DNA of 64,000 nucleotides from Escherichia phage heid: sequence record MN850577.1; one strand, 5' to 3'. Shown piece by piece: positions 27,013 to 34,903 of this stretch (position 1 is its first letter; each line of letters starts with the position of its first letter). The notes under the pieces were generated by a model. It saw only the letters and a program-made list of their open reading frames with translations, ran no database searches and was not told where the DNA came from. The position numbers and the translations under genes were made by a program.

Positions 27013-27555
27013 TTAGAAAAAGCTCTTTAAATCTCTCTCTGTGATGTTTCCCGCTAGTGTATCCATGATGTCACAAAAAACCTGAATACTATCCGACTGT
27101 TGAATACTTTTAGCAAGAAGCTCCAGAGACTCATCAAGATAATTTAAATTTGGGTTATCCAATGAAGGAAGACAAAAAGGCGAAAACATCGCATTAAACT
27201 CGGTTACGTAAACCTTTTTAATCCAATTTAAATCGAAGTATTCTGTAAAACTTGCTACGCCAGACATATTATCACAAGAATAATCATCATTCAGGTCATC
27301 CTCTGGGATATCAAGTTCTAAGATAACAATATTTTGGGTTTTCATCTGGAAAGCGGCCGTAATAGTGGCATTACCTAACGCTTGCTGGATGCCTTCGGCT
27401 GTTATCTCTTTCTCATCGTCGCCATAGATTTTATTTTCTGGATACACGTAAAAATTGCCGTCCATGTCCGAACAATTCCATGCACCTGATGGCTTGTCAC
27501 CGTTATTAATCAGGTTGAGGAAATTTTCTTGAGTAGTACCGTGAAAGCATTTCAT
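27013..27555 (-). CDS. small-gene array gene 6, hypothetical acidic protein (180 aa)
   Basis: ORF preceded by a type-B element. Confidence 0.55.
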   Translation of the reverse strand: MKCFHGTTQENFLNLINNGDKPSGAWNCSDMDGNFYVYPENKIYGDDEKEITAEGIQQALGNATITAAFQMKTQNIVILELDIPEDDLNDDYSCDNMSGVASFTEYFDLNWIKKVYVTEFNAMFSPFCLPSLDNPNLNYLDESLELLAKSIQQSDSIQVFCDIMDTLAGNITERDLKSFF

Positions 27556-27640
27556 TTTTGAATCTCCAGTTTAGGATTTAGTGGTAAAGCTCTTTATCTG
27601 GGGCTTACTTTATCGAACTATAAGCCCCTTGTAAAGTACT
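27556..27640 (-). repeat. type-B intergenic element (copy 1)
   Basis: Minus strand AAAGTACTTTACAAGGGGCTTATAGTTCGATAAAGTAAGCCCCAGATAAAGAGCTTTACCACTAAATCCTAAACTGGAGATTCAAAAATG; contains TTTACA-N17-TAAAGT and hairpin GGGGCTTA...TAAGCCCC. Confidence 0.7.
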
Positions 27641-27844
27641 TTATTTGTTATTTTTTACTACTTTTAAAACCGCACGATAGCCTAAGCAATAGGAATCACC
27701 GAAGAGCGACCGACCCATGAAGGAGTCCTCTGTAATATCTTTCGCCGTGACGGTTTTTTCTACGCCGTGAAAGAGAACTACATCACCGACTTTAATATCT
27801 TTGATGTGTGTAGTTTCAATGGTTAAACCGTTAATAATAGCCAT
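27641..27844 (-). CDS. small-gene array gene 7, hypothetical (67 aa)
   Basis: ORF flanked by type-B (downstream) and type-A (upstream) elements. Confidence 0.5.
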   Translation of the reverse strand: MAIINGLTIETTHIKDIKVGDVVLFHGVEKTVTAKDITEDSFMGRSLFGDSYCLGYRAVLKVVKNNK

Positions 27845-27912
27845 TTTTGAATCTCCAGTTTAGGACTTTATTTAGTGGGGAAGGTCATTCCCGCCCCGTT
27901 GATGTGTAATTT
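27845..27912 (-). repeat. type-A intergenic element (copy 5)
   Basis: ttttgaatctccagtttaggactttatttagtggggaaggtcattcccgccccgttgatgtgtaattt. Confidence 0.65.
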
Positions 27913-27936
27913 AATCTATCTGAAAACCAATGTCAA
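27908..27936 (-). promoter_or_regulatory. sigma70-like promoter with upstream A-tract
   Basis: Minus strand A12-TTGTTGACA-TTGGTTTTCAGATAGAT-TAAATT. Confidence 0.4.
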
Positions 27937-27950
27937 CAATTTTTTTTTTT

Positions 27951-28355
27951 TTAGAGTTCTGCATAAATTGCATCACAGATACCACGAAAATCATGATTTG
28001 TCAAATTACGTTGTAACCAAGTGGCGAAAAAGTCAGCGATTGCAAAGTTAGCGTCATACTCGACAGATAGCCACACTTTAACAGCAAACCGAAACATTTT
28101 CAAATCAAGCTCTTTATTCATTACCTTAGATTTGCCTAACATGTCGGACATTTCATATTGTGCACCGTCTAGCGTGATACCTGCTGCAACGTCAGCCAAT
28201 GAGTTTTTTACGTTTTCAACGTCTAAGATAACGCTTTGAATCTTCCCAATAATGTTGTGCAATGTTTCGTCCGGTGCTGATGACGTAATAACATTAATCC
28301 GGTTAACGGTCAAACGTGCTTTTAAGATTGATAACTCGCGATTATTAATAGCCAT
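27951..28355 (-). CDS. small-gene array gene 8, hypothetical (about 134 aa)
   Basis: Start set to the ATG at 28355 (MAINN...); the longer call (MENLK...) begins at a TTG inside the conserved element. Confidence 0.5.
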   Translation of the reverse strand: MAINNRELSILKARLTVNRINVITSSAPDETLHNIIGKIQSVILDVENVKNSLADVAAGITLDGAQYEMSDMLGKSKVMNKELDLKMFRFAVKVWLSVEYDANFAIADFFATWLQRNLTNHDFRGICDAIYAEL

Positions 28356-28441
28356 TTTTAAGTTCTCCAATTTAGGATTTAGTGGTAAAGCTCTTTATCT
28401 GGGGCTTACTTTATCGAACTATAAGCCCCTTGTAAAGTACT
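28356..28441 (-). repeat. type-B intergenic element (copy 2)
   Basis: Near-identical to copies at 27556-27640 and 29773-29859. Confidence 0.7.
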
Positions 28442-28714
28442 TTATACTAAATGCAGCTTTTTACCTTTTACTATGATGTAACTCGATGCGCTATTGCTTT
28501 GCACATCCTGATAAATTCTGCGCAAACGGCCTTCGTAGTATACTTTCCAACTGGTTGGAATCTTTTTCCCGTATCCTGTAGCAGTTTTTTGTAGTCCTGC
28601 AAGTTGCCAATCTAAGATATGTTGTTCGGCTTGTAAATCCTCGAAGTGCATTACACCGTTCACATAGTGACGAAGGGTTACGTTTAAGGTGCGACCGTTG
28701 TTAGTAGTATACAT
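28442..28714 (-). CDS. small-gene array gene 9, hypothetical (90 aa)
   Basis: ORF preceded by a type-A element. Confidence 0.5.
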   Translation of the reverse strand: MYTTNNGRTLNVTLRHYVNGVMHFEDLQAEQHILDWQLAGLQKTATGYGKKIPTSWKVYYEGRLRRIYQDVQSNSASSYIIVKGKKLHLV

Positions 28715-28788
28715 TTTGAATCTCCTAGTTTAAGGACTTTGTTTAGTGGGGAGGTCATTACCTCCCGTTGATTAGTAATTTACTTGTT
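28715..28788 (-). repeat. type-A intergenic element (copy 6)
   Basis: tttgaatctcctagtttaaggactttgtttagtggggaggtcattacctcccgttgattagtaatttac. Confidence 0.7.
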
Positions 28789-28801
28789 TTAAAAACCAAA
28801 A

Positions 28802-29134
28802 TCAAGAGAAATTTTTTCGTTTGCTCAATTCTTGAACAATTACAGCGTAGTAGTCTTTTAAGTCACTGACATTTAAAGCATTTATCAGAGAATTATAATC
28901 ATCGACTAACTGAAAATCATCTTTGAAAATGTCGCTGATTTGATAAGTTTTTGATTGAAATCTGAAGCTCATTTCTAACCGTTTTATTTGTTCATCACTT
29001 AAACGCTCCAGAAAGCTCATTACAAGGCTATTATTGACCTGTTGCGTGATTGCCTTATTTGCTAGATTATAGGCTTTATATGCCTTATATAGCGCGAAAA
29101 TGGCAATGATTGCAGTGATACCAGTCATTAACAT
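28802..29134 (-). CDS. small-gene array gene 10, membrane protein (110 aa)
   Basis: N-terminal transmembrane helix (MLMTGITAIIAIFALYKAY); start overlaps the stop of gene 11 (ATGTTAA). Confidence 0.5.
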   Translation of the reverse strand: MLMTGITAIIAIFALYKAYKAYNLANKAITQQVNNSLVMSFLERLSDEQIKRLEMSFRFQSKTYQISDIFKDDFQLVDDYNSLINALNVSDLKDYYAVIVQELSKRKNFS

Positions 29135-29424
29135 GGTGTTTCCTCTTTACGTGATACTTTGCCATTTACAGTTATCTCATAAGAATCTAGTAAGTCACTT
29201 TTAGATTTTACTGGACTTTTAAAAGTATCATCATAAATATTTACTTGCAATACAGGTTTTTTATACTCCCTGCAACTATTCCATAAACAAATCACTACAC
29301 GACGGCCTTTTATTTTACCGTGCAACCATTCCATAACATCATGATTATTTCTTGATGTCTCGATAAAATCAATTTTGTTGAGTAACTTGCTTAGATTTTC
29401 ACGAACTTTATTGGATAATTTCAT
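29128..29424 (-). CDS. small-gene array gene 11, hypothetical (98 aa)
   Basis: ORF preceded by a type-B-like element. Confidence 0.5.
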   Translation of the reverse strand: MKLSNKVRENLSKLLNKIDFIETSRNNHDVMEWLHGKIKGRRVVICLWNSCREYKKPVLQVNIYDDTFKSPVKSKSDLLDSYEITVNGKVSRKEETPC

Positions 29425-29515
29425 TTTTGAGTCTCCTAGTTTAAGGGTTAATTTGATAAAGCTCTTTATCTGGGGCTTAAGATATCAACTTTTAAGCCCC
29501 TTGTAAAGTACTTTA
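29425..29515 (-). repeat. type-B intergenic element (copy 3, variant)
   Basis: ttttgagtctcctagtttaagggttaatttgataaagctctttatctggggcttaagatatcaacttttaagccccttgtaaagtactttatc. Confidence 0.65.
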
Positions 29516-29772
29516 TCAGATTAAATTGCCAGTTAATGATAAGTGCATTTTGTAACCTTGTTTAGTGAATACGTTCACTTTACCGAGTGTTTTTACACCT
29601 TTAAAAAGGTTATTTGAACTGCGTTTTAAGGTTAAATGTTTATCAGCCTTCACGCCCCACCTTACATTAGATTGTTTTCCGTTGTCAACCACTTTCCCGC
29701 ATAACTTTTTAGCCATAACGCGAGCGTCATCACGAGTTTTTGCAGCAATTACAACGTTTTTGATAATAGCCA
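29516..29772 (-). CDS. small-gene array gene 12, hypothetical basic protein (about 85 aa)
   Basis: Start set to the ATG at 29772 (MAIIKNVV...); the upstream TTG extension lies in the conserved element. Confidence 0.5.
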
Positions 29773-29859
29773 TTTTTAAGTTCTCCAATTTAGGATTTAG
29801 TGGTAAAGCTCTTTATCTGGGGCTTACTTTATCGAACTATAAGCCCCTTGTAAAGTACT
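29773..29859 (-). repeat. type-B intergenic element (copy 4)
   Basis: Near-identical to copy 2. Confidence 0.7.
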
Positions 29860-30240
29860 TTATTTAATTTTGAAGATAGTTACGTAACCATCACTACCGA
29901 TTATTTGAGACACTCCAGCTTTTTCTACTTGATAGCCCATATTTTCAAGATGATAAACAGCATCATCATAACCATATGCGCCACCCTGATAACGTCTCTT
30001 ATCGCATTTTATCAGGTTTTTACCACGTCCCGCAAGTGCATGCAAAATGGCTTTTTCACTTGAAAGAGTACCATCTAGCATTGTCGCCGTGTAATGGTTG
30101 ATTTTATTCCCGTTAATATCATACTTGAAATTGAACGAGTGAACAACAATAACGTTACCTTTAAAATTCTCATCAAGTGACTTCTCCAGTACGCTACGAA
30201 AGTTGTCTTTGTTGATGAATTTAGGTGCACGATATTTCAT
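29860..30240 (-). CDS. small-gene array gene 13, hypothetical (126 aa)
   Basis: First gene of the array in transcription direction; preceded by type-A element copy 7. Confidence 0.5.
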   Translation of the reverse strand: MKYRAPKFINKDNFRSVLEKSLDENFKGNVIVVHSFNFKYDINGNKINHYTATMLDGTLSSEKAILHALAGRGKNLIKCDKRRYQGGAYGYDDAVYHLENMGYQVEKAGVSQIIGSDGYVTIFKIK

Positions 30241-30300
30241 TTTTGAATCTCCTAGTTTAAGGACTTTACTTAGTGGGGAGCGTCATTCCCCCCCCCGTTG
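30241..30300 (-). repeat. type-A intergenic element (copy 7)
   Basis: ttttgaatctcctagtttaaggactttacttagtggggagcgtcattcccccccccgttgatgc. Confidence 0.65.
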
Positions 30301-30454
30301 ATGCAAATACTAGATAACCCCGTTCAAAGAGTCAATAAAAATTTTAAAAATATTTTTGGCAAAACTGTAATGAAACGGGTGCGCACGACTACCACAAAAC
30401 AGAACGCAAATCAAGAATTATTTTTCAATCCGCTACAAATTTTTCTCTTGACTT

Positions 30455-30700
30455 TTGGGGAGAGGGGGAGTAAGAGGGGGAGAGGGGTTGGGCTGGCTGT
30501 CTATAAAAACCTACCTGCACAATTCTAAAATGATTTTTCTTGCCCGACCTGAGCGGGGTCTGCACGTTTTGAAAATGAAAAAGCTCTTTGGAGATTACCT
30601 GCACAGTTTGAAAATGAATTTTCTCTTTGGAGTTCAAAATTTTCTCTACAGATTTCTCTACAGAACTCTACCTGCACAATTCTGAAATGAAAAAGCCCTC
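30455..30700. repeat. intergenic regulatory-like region: G-tract cluster and 3-4 direct repeats TACCTGCACA(A/G)TT(C/T)T(A/G)AAAATGA
   Basis: G-runs GGGG-AGA-GGGGG-AGTAAGA-GGGGG-AGA-GGGG-TT-GGG at 30467-30493; repeat copies at about 30511-30533, 30595-30617, 30668-30690 and a partial copy at about 30560-30578; also tctctacagatttctctacag. Confidence 0.5.
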
Positions 30701-30763
30701 CTTACCTGAAAAATTTACCAGATAAGAAAGGCTTAGGCTATTGTGAATATTCTACAGAGTTTC

Positions 30764-31549
30764 TTAGTTCTTTGCGTCTAAGAAGGTAACTTCTGGTGAA
30801 GAGAAAACTGTCTCGATATCCTCATCAGTTCTTGCATAGATATAAGTATCTGCATCACTGCCAAATGTTACTGCAATCCTGTGATTGCTCTTCGACAGGT
30901 GGGTAACTAGAGCGTTACTCAGAGACATCTTTTCAACCGGAGGGTTACTTTGATGTATCTTACCTTTTCTTCGTCTGAAGAGGGTAACTGCGTTATCTGT
31001 GAACACTGCTACACCTGCAAAGTATTCTGGTTCACAGTAGTTCTTCCAACCTGAGCGTAACTTGTGGTACATCTCTCCTTCGTAGACATAAAGATACACA
31101 TCTACACTCTTCATCACCTGATTAATGATAACTGTGACGGCTTGAGGGTCTAGCCCACCGATACCTGCACCAATCATAGGTAAACCAACCTTCTTCAACT
31201 GGTTGACTTCACAGTATCTGTTAAGCTGTTTCAAAGATGACTCTAAAGCACTGTATCGGGCATCTTTACCAGTCTTAAGCTGAGTGTAAAGGTTAGCTAT
31301 ACGACCTTGTTTTAAACGTGCTACAGAGAAATTACCCAGTAAATTTTCACAGGGTTTGTGTCCTATACCACCTGCATATAGATAAACTTCTGTATCGGTC
31401 TCATATGCTTTTGGGTAAAGTTTAGAAATCTTGTCAGCGATACCTGCACCCATTAAATTCATACAGTTGCAACCGTGACCGATGATGTCAAACTTACCTT
31501 TATCAAATGCGGCAAAGATATCACCATTGATTATTTTTACAATACCCAT
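30764..31549 (-). CDS. macro-domain protein (TARG1/OARD1-like ADP-ribose hydrolase-type) with about 110-aa C-terminal extension
   Basis: N-terminal about 150 aa with GDIFAA...IIGHGCNCMNLMGAGIA...LPMIGAGIGGLDP, resembling the TARG1-type macro-domain signature (GD[LI]F...HC.S.DC.MGAGIA). Confidence 0.6.
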   Translation of the reverse strand: MGIVKIINGDIFAAFDKGKFDIIGHGCNCMNLMGAGIADKISKLYPKAYETDTEVYLYAGGIGHKPCENLLGNFSVARLKQGRIANLYTQLKTGKDARYSALESSLKQLNRYCEVNQLKKVGLPMIGAGIGGLDPQAVTVIINQVMKSVDVYLYVYEGEMYHKLRSGWKNYCEPEYFAGVAVFTDNAVTLFRRRKGKIHQSNPPVEKMSLSNALVTHLSKSNHRIAVTFGSDADTYIYARTDEDIETVFSSPEVTFLDAKN

Positions 31550-31750
31550 TTAACATCTCTCCCAAGATTCTTTATCTTCTGAAGGTTTTACACGTTGCCC
31601 CTCATGGTCTACCCAGATACATCCACAACCTTCACAGATTACTGGCATTGCATAGCCAGCTTTAAAGTCATCTTCAGTGATAAGACCTTTTAAGTCACCT
31701 GTATCACGTCCAAACATTTCTATAGAACAGTCTTTGCAGAAGTCAGCCAT
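31550..31750 (-). CDS. small cysteine-rich protein (zinc-ribbon-like)
   Basis: Likely start MADFCKDCSIEMFG...; CxxC...CEGCGC motifs; overlaps the stop of the upstream gene. Confidence 0.4.
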   Translation of the reverse strand: MADFCKDCSIEMFGRDTGDLKGLITEDDFKAGYAMPVICEGCGCIWVDHEGQRVKPSEDKESWERC

Positions 31751-31970
31751 TGATAATTGCCTCTTGAATGATGATACCTTTACCACAACGGCTTTTAAAG
31801 TCTTCCAATGGTTGGGAGATGAAGCCACGCAAGCAATCACTAAATACTAAGTTTTTCCTGTAGGCTATCACATCGTTTGCTGTAAACGGGATGACTTCAT
31901 TTCTTCCAATGAATACTGCTGACCGGATGAGTTTCCGTGTCTTTTTATCTCTGGCTAGAATTACTCTCAT
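31743..31970 (-). CDS. hypothetical small protein
   Basis: 75 aa ORF, overlap-coupled. Confidence 0.4.
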   Translation of the reverse strand: MRVILARDKKTRKLIRSAVFIGRNEVIPFTANDVIAYRKNLVFSDCLRGFISQPLEDFKSRCGKGIIIQEAIING

Positions 31971-32271
31971 AATTTACCTTCTCAGTTAGCTCATATAAAT
32001 CAACATGCTCAATACTATCAATGTTGATATCAATCTTTTTGAAGCGTTCTATCACTTCATTGTCAGTCATCCATATCAGACACCAATGATTCTGGATGGA
32101 TTCTTCAAGAAGTTCAACACAATCTTTAAAAGTTTTTGTATCACTTCTTGTGCCTACTACTGCGATTGTTCCATATAGCCACTTACCATTGCCATAAGAT
32201 ACTTGTGCTACGCCAACTTCTTTACCTTTCTCGTAGTAAACGGCTACAAAGTCTCTTCCATTAATCTGCAT
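31945..32271 (-). CDS. hypothetical protein
   Basis: 108 aa ORF. Confidence 0.4.
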   Translation of the reverse strand: MQINGRDFVAVYYEKGKEVGVAQVSYGNGKWLYGTIAVVGTRSDTKTFKDCVELLEESIQNHWCLIWMTDNEVIERFKKIDINIDSIEHVDLYELTEKVNYESNSSQR

Positions 32272-32273
32272 AG

Positions 32274-32546
32274 TTACTTCCTCGTTTTGAGAACTGCTAA
32301 GATTTCTTTAGAGTCTGGTAAGAACCATGTGTAGTGATTCTCTTTGATTTCTGGATGAGTGTCAACCTTTATTTTGCACTCTTTACCAACATGCTTAAGC
32401 TGTGCTGTGATACCTTGCATAAAGATGTGACACATTACATTATCCATAATCGTAGGTAAGAAATCAATCCTCATGTAAGTATCTTTCGGTCTCGGTAGAA
32501 GTAAGTAACCTTCTGTGTAGAAAGTTTCATCATTACTTTGTGTCAT
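32274..32546 (-). CDS. hypothetical protein
   Basis: 90 aa ORF sharing start/stop boundary with the lipoprotein gene. Confidence 0.4.
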   Translation of the reverse strand: MTQSNDETFYTEGYLLLPRPKDTYMRIDFLPTIMDNVMCHIFMQGITAQLKHVGKECKIKVDTHPEIKENHYTWFLPDSKEILAVLKTRK

Positions 32547-32812
32547 TACTGCTTATTCCCTAATAAAATCATATCAATAAGGTTATTAGCTTTGATTGTG
32601 CACTGGTAAAATCCATCACGATAGAACTCAAGGGCTGCTGCCACATCACTACCAGTATTACCTTTGATAGTAAATCTTGAATCTTCTTGAGTATACTTAT
32701 CACTCTCACTTACTTGGGAGTTTTTGAATGTACTGTTCACTTTGTTCGTTGAACACCCTGACATAATTATCAGTAACACAAACATTATAAAACTCTGGCT
32801 TAGTTTTTTCAT
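32546..32812 (-). CDS. lipoprotein; candidate o-spanin (Rz1-like), overlapping the upstream membrane protein gene
   Basis: Signal peptide with lipobox (FVLLIIMSGC); start lies inside the 3' end of the 32706..33053 gene in another frame, as in overlapped spanin pairs. Confidence 0.4.
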   Translation of the reverse strand: MKKLSQSFIMFVLLIIMSGCSTNKVNSTFKNSQVSESDKYTQEDSRFTIKGNTGSDVAAALEFYRDGFYQCTIKANNLIDMILLGNKQ

Positions 32813-33053
32813 ACGTTAGTACCTCTTTTGTGTGCTTATTCTTAGCAAGCACATCTTTCAAATCATTTTTGTAATTGGTGCTGAGTGTGGCTAAACCTTC
32901 CTGATAAGCATCTTTGGCAACACTTATTAGTTTCTCATTATTTAGCTCAGTTTCAGCAACTTGGTAGTCTCTGTAAGAGTACCCTCCCCAGACACCTGTC
33001 CCAACTAAGAAAACAATTATGAAAGTAGCTTGACAGAACTCTTTAAATGTCAT
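32706..33053 (-). CDS. type II membrane protein; candidate i-spanin (Rz-like)
   Basis: N-terminal transmembrane helix (ATFIIVFLVGTGVWGGY) then helical periplasmic-like domain; 3' end overlaps the lipoprotein gene. Confidence 0.4.
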   Translation of the reverse strand: MTFKEFCQATFIIVFLVGTGVWGGYSYRDYQVAETELNNEKLISVAKDAYQEGLATLSTNYKNDLKDVLAKNKHTKEVLTYEKTKPEFYNVCVTDNYVRVFNEQSEQYIQKLPSK

Positions 33054-33069
33054 TTAACAATCTCCTGAA

Positions 33070-33093
33070 ATGAAAAAGGCTCCCGAAGGAGCC
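33070..33093 (-). terminator. intrinsic terminator
   Basis: Minus strand GGCTCC-TTCG-GGAGCC followed by TTTTTC. Confidence 0.6.
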
Positions 33094-33105
33094 TGTATCT
33101 TAACC

Positions 33106-33585
33106 TTAACCGAGGACTTTAGCAAGGATATTTGCAGCCATCGAAGAAGCTTTTGCAGCAGCAACTACGCCAGCCTTGACAGTGCTATCCTTAATAGCAG
33201 ATACCGTTGCAGCATCAGTAAAGAGATAAGTGATTGTTTTGGAACCACTTGTAAAGGAAAGCATAAGAGTAGTTTCCAGATTGAAAGAGCGATATGGAGC
33301 ACCTTCTTTAACGATACCTTCAGCACCTAACTCTGAAGCCTTACCCATATCATAGATAGTCATCAGATTTTCTTTGTGTGCAGTCGTTGAACCAGCACCT
33401 TTTACGTGCTTCTTAACGTTTAACAATGCACGATATTCACGAATGCTGCCATCAGCTTTTACATTAACAGCACGGAAAATTTTACCTTCAAAGTTACCTT
33501 GAATCATTTTACGAACTACTTCAGATTTGTTTGCCGTATCGTCCAGTGCTACCGTAATGATATTGTTCATAAGTTCTTCTCTCAA
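33106..33585 (-). CDS. hypothetical protein
   Basis: 159 aa ORF, Ala/Val-rich C-terminus, upstream of the terminator. Confidence 0.45.
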   Translation of the reverse strand: MREELMNNIITVALDDTANKSEVVRKMIQGNFEGKIFRAVNVKADGSIREYRALLNVKKHVKGAGSTTAHKENLMTIYDMGKASELGAEGIVKEGAPYRSFNLETTLMLSFTSGSKTITYLFTDAATVSAIKDSTVKAGVVAAAKASSMAANILAKVLG

Positions 33586-34277
33586 TGTTTAACTAACATG
33601 GTTTTAATGTGTGGAAGGATTCTGTTTACCTTCTGAACATTCTTCTCTGTATCTTCTATAAAGCATACTATATTAAAGTAAGGAAGAATGCAAGACTGAA
33701 TCATCCTCACTTTCAAACTTTCTGCACTTATAGAGTTAGTTCCAAAACCACGCATAAAAAGCAAGTAATCATGCTCTATATTGTGCCTTAAAAACATCTC
33801 AGTAGGTATTCTCTGAGATTCACCTCTTGCTGTCAAGAGTCCAACTGCTGCATGATTTGCAATTGCATCAATAATGTTGAAAACATATGTTGGTTTTGCT
33901 CTTACAGAATCAAGAAGATTAGTGTACTGTGAGAATGACCCATCAGTCAATTCCGTTGAGCAATCTTCATGATTAAAATTTGTAAGAACACCATCAATAT
34001 CTGCTAAGATGAGGTTACCTTTTTCTACAAGGTCTTTATTGACTATCACTAAACTATCACGCCTTACACCTATAGTTTGTCCAGTCTCTTTGTCCACAAC
34101 GTTCACAATGGGTTCTGATGTGTGGAACTCTTCAAGTGAACATACAACCTCTCTTGCAGTGTCTTCAAAATCTCTGCACTGTTCTGGAGTCCATACACAG
34201 GAATCAAGACCTAACTCATGAGGATGCAAGTCATAAGCGTGGCACAGGACTTCATCAGACTTTTTTAATTTTTTCAT
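33582..34277 (-). CDS. HAD-like hydrolase/phosphatase candidate
   Basis: 231 aa; ILADIDGVLTNF resembles HAD motif I (DxDG[TV]). Confidence 0.3.
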   Translation of the reverse strand: MKKLKKSDEVLCHAYDLHPHELGLDSCVWTPEQCRDFEDTAREVVCSLEEFHTSEPIVNVVDKETGQTIGVRRDSLVIVNKDLVEKGNLILADIDGVLTNFNHEDCSTELTDGSFSQYTNLLDSVRAKPTYVFNIIDAIANHAAVGLLTARGESQRIPTEMFLRHNIEHDYLLFMRGFGTNSISAESLKVRMIQSCILPYFNIVCFIEDTEKNVQKVNRILPHIKTMLVKH

Positions 34278-34803
34278 GGTTTACCTTAGAAATGTTTGTT
34301 GCAAATTCACATTGAGCAATAACTTTCATGTTGTTATAGACATCTTGAGAGTATTTCTTAGCTTTAGGGATTCTGTACGAATACCCAGCATTATATGACG
34401 CTAAAACTTTTTGTAAAGTCTTCTTTGACTTTGGCTGACCATGCACCTTTGTCCAAAACTCAAGTTCTTTGTGCGTTTCCTTTGCAGCATAGTCAAAGTC
34501 TTTTAAGAGTTTCTTTTTAGCCACATTAGGACTAATTTTGTTACGCTTTACAACAGTCTTCAAGTGATTCTGGAAAATACCATAATCGTGTGTCTTTTTA
34601 TTCTCTACCTTCAGACCTAACTCTGACTCTTGTAAGGCTATAGCAGCTAGAGTGATACCCCAACCTTTACCCATATTATTCTCACCATACTGGTAAGCTT
34701 TTAACATGTTTACTTTTTGACTAATTGATAGCTCTGGGCAGTCAACTGCATAAGATAAGTGTGCTGTAAACATTAAGCACAAACCTAGAATCAATTTCTT
34801 CAT
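34255..34803 (-). CDS. secreted lytic transglycosylase-like protein
   Basis: Signal peptide (MKKLILGLCLMFTAHLSYA); ALQESELG...YGIFQ...YNAGYSY resembles the E-S / G-[LI]-[MF]-Q / AYNAG motifs of family-1 lytic transglycosylases. Confidence 0.45.
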   Translation of the reverse strand: MKKLILGLCLMFTAHLSYAVDCPELSISQKVNMLKAYQYGENNMGKGWGITLAAIALQESELGLKVENKKTHDYGIFQNHLKTVVKRNKISPNVAKKKLLKDFDYAAKETHKELEFWTKVHGQPKSKKTLQKVLASYNAGYSYRIPKAKKYSQDVYNNMKVIAQCEFATNISKVNHEKIKKV

Positions 34804-34863
34804 TGGTTCTCCTGTTTAGTTTATCGTGACAACAATTATACAGTACTCTGCACAAAATACAAA

Positions 34864-34892
34864 TAAAAAAGGCCGCCGAAGCAGCCTTTTAA
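34864..34892 (-). terminator. intrinsic terminator after the rIIB-like gene
   Basis: Minus strand GGCTGC-TTCG-GCGGCC followed by TTTTTTATTT. Confidence 0.6.
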
Positions 34893-34903
34893 GAAATTAC
34901 TTA

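Noticed and set aside
27951-29788. MENLK N-terminal extensions of two ORF calls (27951..28370 and 29516..29788)
   Set aside because: The extension starts at a TTG inside the conserved type-B element; the ATG following the RBS (MAI...) is the consistent start used by the other array genes
24883-30300. Possible CRISPR array, suggested by regularly spaced direct repeats
   Set aside because: Repeats are 60-90 bp, not 25-40 bp, and the intervening segments are 200-580 bp protein-coding ORFs with RBS-ATG junctions; no cas genes
30298-30685. Three overlapping small ORF calls (76, 70, 76 aa)
   Set aside because: They lie in the repeat/G-tract intergenic region, overlap each other on both strands and have low-complexity translations; treated as non-coding regulatory DNA
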